Of a stretch of DNA of 64,000 bases, positions 58,930-64,000 are shown one piece after another. Under the pieces are notes generated by a model that did no database searches, was not told the origin of the DNA, and saw only the letters and a program-made list of their open reading frames with translations. Made by a program: the position numbers and the translations under genes. How positions within the stretch are numbered: the stretch's first letter is position 1; each line of letters starts with the position of its first letter. This DNA is from Candidatus Cloacimonadota bacterium (GTDB lineage Bacteria; Cloacimonadota; Cloacimonadia; G963667145), in assembly GCA_963667255.1 (NCBI GenBank), contig OY762940.1, forward strand, positions 1,504,001-1,568,000. The letters are read 5' to 3'.

Positions 58930-60240
58930 ATGAAAAAATTTCTAACACTTATTGCTGCTTCCTTTTGCGTGTTATCTCTTTCAGCCTTTGACCTTGACTG
59001 GTCAGGCACAGCCAGAGCCCGCGGAGGAATTGTCAGCAATCCCGACTACAACGACGACTCTCACACGCAAACATGGAGAAGTCAGCGGGTGCAAATCTTG
59101 ATGGAAGGGAAAACCGATGACAATGTCCAATTGTTTTTGGAAGTAAAGTGGGGCGATGGCGACCCGCTAACAGACGCAAACAAAACGGTAAAATTGAACA
59201 AAGCGTATATCTTCGCTCCAAATTTTATCCCAACCGTTGAACTCTCTGCAGGTATTTATCCGTTCGCTGCAAACTCCGGCATGGTCTTGGATGACAACTT
59301 CTTCGGTTATCATGCGAAAACCACTATTGCCGAAAAATTTGATTTGTCCATTGGCATGTTCCTCATAGACAAAGGCAATAACGACAACGCAGATAACGAT
59401 GCTCATGGTATAGTTGCCAATCTCTCTGCTCCAACCGGCGAAGTCGGAACTCTCGGATTGGATTTCTTGGCAAAAACAAATTGCTTGCCCGAAATTGAGG
59501 TAAAATATTACAATAACAATTCAATCGGCACTTTCAAAACTGACGGGAACTATAAAAGAGGGAATCTATTTTGGTTCAATCCCTACTACAATTTTGACGG
59601 CAATTCCCTCGGGATAAATGGCGTAACAGTCGATTTCACAGCAACATATATGGTAGGAAGTTGGGATGCAATAAGCTCAACATCCAAAAACATTGATGCT
59701 CAAGCTTTCGCCGTCAGCTTAAAACCAACCTACACATCCGAGCAAGGAACTGTCGTTGCCTTCGATGTGTTCTATAGCTCTGGTGCAAAGGGCAGCGATG
59801 TAGTCGACGGAGATTACAACGCTTTCATGGGGATTGCTCCAGCTTACTCCAACGGTTTGGAATACTTCGGAGATGGCGGACCAACAGACGAATCTGTGAT
59901 AAATTTGGGAGCAAGCAAATTTGGCGATGACAAAACTAACACGCACGGTGCTTTGATGTTAGCATTAGTGTGCGACCAACCCATCATAGACAAACTCTCC
60001 GCTCACGCTGCTATCGGCTGGGCTCAAACGGCTGAAGATGTGATTTGGGTAGAGAATAGCAACAAAAAGAGTAGCAAAGAGTTAGGAACGGAATTTGATT
60101 TGGGCTTCAATTATCAAGCAACGGAGACACTTTGCTTGAAAGTAACCGGAGCATATATCATCCCGGGCGAAGCTCTCTACACCAGTGGGAGCAGTGACAA
60201 TAGAGCACAAGTCGGCTCTTATTTGGAATATTCATTCTAA
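58930..60240 (+). CDS. Outer-membrane beta-barrel protein (porin/alginate-export-like)
   Basis: Signal peptide ending LSA; W.G..R.R first strand; LGTEFDL...Y; C-terminal YSF. Confidence 0.8.
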   Translation: MKKFLTLIAASFCVLSLSAFDLDWSGTARARGGIVSNPDYNDDSHTQTWRSQRVQILMEGKTDDNVQLFLEVKWGDGDPLTDANKTVKLNKAYIFAPNFIPTVELSAGIYPFAANSGMVLDDNFFGYHAKTTIAEKFDLSIGMFLIDKGNNDNADNDAHGIVANLSAPTGEVGTLGLDFLAKTNCLPEIEVKYYNNNSIGTFKTDGNYKRGNLFWFNPYYNFDGNSLGINGVTVDFTATYMVGSWDAISSTSKNIDAQAFAVSLKPTYTSEQGTVVAFDVFYSSGAKGSDVVDGDYNAFMGIAPAYSNGLEYFGDGGPTDESVINLGASKFGDDKTNTHGALMLALVCDQPIIDKLSAHAAIGWAQTAEDVIWVENSNKKSSKELGTEFDLGFNYQATETLCLKVTGAYIIPGEALYTSGSSDNRAQVGSYLEYSF

Positions 60241-60260
60241 GAATATACATACTACCTCCT

Positions 60261-60293
60261 GCAAGCCTCTGTAAAAAGGGGCTTGCTTTTTTT
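60261..60293 (+). terminator. Intrinsic terminator
   Basis: GCAAGCCTCT-GTAAAA-AGGGGCTTGC followed by T7. Confidence 0.88.
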
Positions 60294-60312
60294 GGGGAGC
60301 AATTCTCCATTC

Positions 60313-60421
60313 CCTCATACTCGTGAAAACAGGCATCCATTCTCATTTTCGTGCTTACGCAACAACTGCATGTAAATCCCAAACCCAACTCAACTGGTTT
60401 CCCGCCTACGCGGGAATGAGG
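60313..60421. repeat. REP-like inverted doublet (TCATTCCCGCG...GCGGGAAT family)
   Basis: Degenerate CCTCATACTCGTGAAAACAGGCATCC and intact GGTTTCCCGCCTACGCGGGAATGAGG in inverted orientation. Confidence 0.7.
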
Positions 60422-60483
60422 ATAGTAAAGTATAGGAAGTAAAGAACACGCTTTTTCTTCTGCCATGACCAAAGAAACTCTTG

Positions 60484-60560
60484 CTCCCAAGCCGGAGCTT
60501 GGGAGTATATTTGTTCCAAATTTCCCGTATGCATTCCCAAGCTGGAGCTTGGGAATGAGG
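60484..60560. repeat. Two REP-like palindromes TCCCAAGCYGGAGCTTGGGA
   Basis: Near-identical hairpins at 60484-60505 and 60533-60556. Confidence 0.8.
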
Positions 60561-60598
60561 GAAAAAGGAAAAAAATAATTTCTATCTAAAACTATATG

Positions 60599-63442
60599 TT
60601 AGGGAGTAAGCCCATTAGCTATATTTTTTAGGATTTGCCTTCCAGCAAGACCAATATAGCCTCCTGATTTTGTTGATTGTTTAAATGTCCATTGTAATTG
60701 ACTAATAATAACAAATCTACCCTCTCCATGTTTCCATTCTCTAATAGTATTTACTTCAGTACCAACATTCCATCCTGTACCAAATCCTTTGGCTAAATAT
60801 CTATCTGGCTCTACCTTCCAACCTGTAACACCATATCTACCAGTATAACTTTTTGAATTATCAACTCTAAAAACTAAAAAATCAAAATCCTCTGATGCCC
60901 AATAAGAAACACTTTTTGACTGAGGCTCAATATCAGTTGTTTTAACACCTTTCAATAAAGGTTCATTAGGATTAATGTATGTTAAAAATTGACCGTCTTT
61001 CAGTGATGGGTACCACCCCCCTAATTTACCAAAACTTATTACACTATTAAAATGACTTATAATTTCAGAACTTGCATTACTATTTGAAATATAAGTAGCA
61101 CCATCATTAACTCTATCAATTATTCTTTTTGCAACAACATCATCAAGATTTGAAATATTACTCAATCCACCGTAAATAAAACTTGCAATTACTTTATATT
61201 CATTTAAATTTACTTTATCATTTTTTATCTGTTCTCCATCGATGAGATCAACAGAAGTTTCTTCAGTCATAATTTTATAAAATTCATTACTTACTACATC
61301 AATATTATTTACATCATTTACCAACAAAGCTACACTTCCACCACTACCATTCTTTGTCGTAAAACTCCTCACAGCACTTTCCACACTCTTACCGTCTTTC
61401 TTGCCTATTACTTTCCAATAATAAGTGGTACCTCTATCCAAACATGGGATTCTGCAAGTTTTTCCAGAAAAATCAGTTAATACTTTATTCAAGTTCCCAT
61501 TGTTTTTTCCAAAATAAACATCATAAGTTTCAACATTACCATGCCACTTTAGAGTAACACTAGTATCATGATTAGTAACACCATTTGCTGGAGAAGTGAG
61601 AACTACATTAATATCACTTAAACTACTTGCTGTAGTAAATTGCCTAACATCACTTTCCTTACTTTCATTACCTCTTTTGGCTATTACCTTCCAATAATAA
61701 GTTTTACCTGCTGTAAGATTGGTAATTTGATATTGTTTATCAGTAATAGTGCTTGTATTGTGTTTGGTCAAATTGTTACTGCTTTCTCCAAAATAAAAAT
61801 CGTATTCGTCTCCATTACCAGACCATACAAAATAAGTAGAAGTTTTTTGCATAGACACAGCATTTACAGGTGAAGTAAGAGAAATATATAAAGGAACAGT
61901 AATTATTTCGGTATTATCAATATTTTTATCAGCAAAATTTACAGTATAGACGAGATTAGAGGGTGCAAAACTTAGACTAGCTAAAAAAGGACCTAAATCA
62001 TTAATTGCATCGAGTGCCATAACAGCCCAACCATAAGGATTTGAAACTTTTGCCGTAAATTTTGCAACGATTTTTGCTACGAAAGTTTTTGTTTTTTCAT
62101 TAACAGCTTTTTTAGCATGCTTTTTAATAATGTCATTTACAGCACTACTGGCAACTATATTACCGGCTGTTTCAAATATAGAAGAAATATTAGAACCTGA
62201 AATAGGGTCTGCTAAATTTATTGAAGAGGCTAAACTTGAAATTTCTGAAGCAACTTCTAATAGTGCAGCCTTAGTTGATAAAGTATTTGCAAAAAGCTCA
62301 AAGATAGAGCCATCAGCTACCAAATTGGCAATAGCGGTTGACAAATGAAGAAGATTAACTCCAGTTAAACCCCAATAACGAAGTTCTCTCCAATTACTCC
62401 CCCAAAATTTCCTAATCTTTATGATATAATTTTTTGAAGGGTCAAAAGTAAAATTCAAATCTGTTTGCAAATAGGTCAAAGCTGCACCGGAATTTCTAAG
62501 TTTTTGAAGCATTGTGGAATTGCGACCTACAAATCGCCAATCCAAAAAATTACCACTTTCATCATAAATGTCTGCAATATAAGAAATATTAGTAGGATTC
62601 CCCAAAGCATATTTCTTGGAACTTGATACAGAACTCTTATTGGAAATTGCCACAAATGTAGGTTCTACAACTTTTATTTTTGATGCTGTGCCATACCAAA
62701 TCCAAGGTTCATAAGTATTCCATGGACTTATGTATGCAAACTTATCTTCCACTCCAGTTATTCTGCTAAAAAGTATATTATTACTGGTTTGGATGCTTGA
62801 AGCATAAGAATTATAAACCGTTTCGGCTATATTTTTAATTTTTACCACAATATTAGGATACTTCATTATTTTATCAAGAAAAGTATTGTCCTTTTCCCAT
62901 TCAGTAAGCAATAACTCTTGAAGTGCTGCAAATTCGGTATTTTCTAACACTTTCGTAATTAATGCCGCCTTATCTGTGGCATCTTCTATTCCTCCCATTC
63001 GCATCATTACCAGAGCCAAGGCAGTAGAACGAATAGAAACTTCCACAGAACTGGTAGAAAAAGAATAGCTGTTTTTCAGTCCAATGTTGTTCGCAAGTAT
63101 ATTTTTTTGTAATTTAGTAGGAAGAGCATATCCGAGAAAAATAGTATTCCCTGATGCATCTTCAGCCATCACAACAGAAGGCTTTTCATTTGACAATATT
63201 TTTGCCTCATCTGCCACAAAAGAGGTTATTTTTATATCATTTTTAGAAACTGTAGCATTTTCAGGTAAATCTATTTCGTAAGTAAAAGATTCTTCACCTC
63301 CCAAAGAAACTTCTTCTGTAGCATCATCAGTAGATGTTTCCTTATTCGGATTCCCAGTAGAACTACTGCACCCACCATCACACGAAAATAAAAACAATAC
63401 TAAAGCAAAACTTAAATACAATAAAACTCTTCTTGACTTCAT
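60599..63442 (-). CDS. Large AT-rich lipoprotein with two Fn3-like repeats and a C-terminal alpha/beta domain
   Basis: Start MKSRR after AGAGGTG; lipobox FLFSC; two repeats LTSP.N...W...YD.YFG...TYYWKVI...S.VR.FTT. Confidence 0.8.
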   Translation of the reverse strand: MKSRRVLLYLSFALVLFLFSCDGGCSSSTGNPNKETSTDDATEEVSLGGEESFTYEIDLPENATVSKNDIKITSFVADEAKILSNEKPSVVMAEDASGNTIFLGYALPTKLQKNILANNIGLKNSYSFSTSSVEVSIRSTALALVMMRMGGIEDATDKAALITKVLENTEFAALQELLLTEWEKDNTFLDKIMKYPNIVVKIKNIAETVYNSYASSIQTSNNILFSRITGVEDKFAYISPWNTYEPWIWYGTASKIKVVEPTFVAISNKSSVSSSKKYALGNPTNISYIADIYDESGNFLDWRFVGRNSTMLQKLRNSGAALTYLQTDLNFTFDPSKNYIIKIRKFWGSNWRELRYWGLTGVNLLHLSTAIANLVADGSIFELFANTLSTKAALLEVASEISSLASSINLADPISGSNISSIFETAGNIVASSAVNDIIKKHAKKAVNEKTKTFVAKIVAKFTAKVSNPYGWAVMALDAINDLGPFLASLSFAPSNLVYTVNFADKNIDNTEIITVPLYISLTSPVNAVSMQKTSTYFVWSGNGDEYDFYFGESSNNLTKHNTSTITDKQYQITNLTAGKTYYWKVIAKRGNESKESDVRQFTTASSLSDINVVLTSPANGVTNHDTSVTLKWHGNVETYDVYFGKNNGNLNKVLTDFSGKTCRIPCLDRGTTYYWKVIGKKDGKSVESAVRSFTTKNGSGGSVALLVNDVNNIDVVSNEFYKIMTEETSVDLIDGEQIKNDKVNLNEYKVIASFIYGGLSNISNLDDVVAKRIIDRVNDGATYISNSNASSEIISHFNSVISFGKLGGWYPSLKDGQFLTYINPNEPLLKGVKTTDIEPQSKSVSYWASEDFDFLVFRVDNSKSYTGRYGVTGWKVEPDRYLAKGFGTGWNVGTEVNTIREWKHGEGRFVIISQLQWTFKQSTKSGGYIGLAGRQILKNIANGLTP

Positions 63443-63675
63443 CAAAACACCTCTGACTTTATGATTTTGAGAGACTGATATTACAATTCTAAAATAATGT
63501 AAAGGACAAAATCTTTTTTTTACCCCCCCCCCCATATTCATAATTCCTTATATATCAGTCAATTATGTCAAGCAATTAGTTATAAACAGAAATAACAAGC
63601 TTCCAAGTAATATTTGACAAATTCCCCCCAACTTCGACGAATAAAATCAATACTATTTTCACGAAGGAGACACAA

Positions 63676-64000
63676 ATGATTACACGAGAAAGAGCTTTCC
63701 AATTGTTAGACGAATATCTGCAAAACGAAAACCTGCGGAACCACAGCTTGGCTGTCGCCTACATTATGGAGGGACTTGCCAAAGCCACAAACAACGATGC
63801 TGACAAGTGGTTCATCACTGGGCTGTTACACGATTTGGATTACGAAGAGACTAAGGACAAGCCAGAACTACACGCTCTCAAAACCGCCGAATATCTGCAA
63901 AATGAAGATGTTGAAAACGATGTTTTGAATGCCATAAAAGCTCACAATTGTCTCGCTGAAAAGACCGATTTATTGAGCAAGCATCTTTGGGCGAGCGACC
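63676..64000 (+). CDS. HD/HDIG-domain protein, truncated by the window end
   Basis: AAGGAG RBS; MITRERAFQLL...NHSLAVA..M...GLLHDLDYE...H...AIKAH. Confidence 0.9.
   Translation, partial: MITRERAFQLLDEYLQNENLRNHSLAVAYIMEGLAKATNNDADKWFITGLLHDLDYEETKDKPELHALKTAEYLQNEDVENDVLNAIKAHNCLAEKTDLLSKHLWASD

Noticed and set aside
60313..60560. CRISPR array
   Set aside because: Only two copies of each palindrome, no regular repeat-spacer period and no cas genes

Overview
A 64-kb, moderately AT-rich chromosomal segment of a diderm (LPS heptose kinase, YejM-like protein, beta-barrel proteins), probably anaerobic bacterium, read with the standard genetic code. The GlyA insert and the overall gene set recall Candidatus Cloacimonadota, but that is a recollection I could not check. 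Most of the window is housekeeping: tgt, U32/trhP-like, cdd, pgsA, deoB, trmB, rpmE, prfA, moaA, secG, lon, hppA, rfaE1, plsY, der, glyA, xerD, maf and lepA. It also holds a complete nine-gene branched-chain amino acid operon (ilvN-ilvC-leuA-cimA-leuCDB-ilvD-ilvB), buk, an ArsR-controlled organoarsenical-type cluster, a HEPN-MNT toxin-antitoxin pair, two tRNA-Leu genes, REP-like palindromes and several solitary, very AT-rich orphan genes. Main points of interest: (1) the tRNA-Leu after secG has anticodon AAG (A34), which is rare in bacteria. (2) An unannotated 26-aa Ile/Leu/Val-rich leader peptide precedes the ilv-leu operon, with RNA helices but no U-tract terminator. (3) Foreign-looking genes sit between direct repeats of host expression signals (a terminator, the rpmE promoter/RBS/first codons, a -35 box), with no transposase or integrase nearby. 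(4) maf appears to start at ATT. (5) There are degenerate FtsE/FtsX-like and aspartokinase-like proteins. No CRISPR array, rRNA, IS or prophage was seen. All calls are by eye from motifs, with no database searches.
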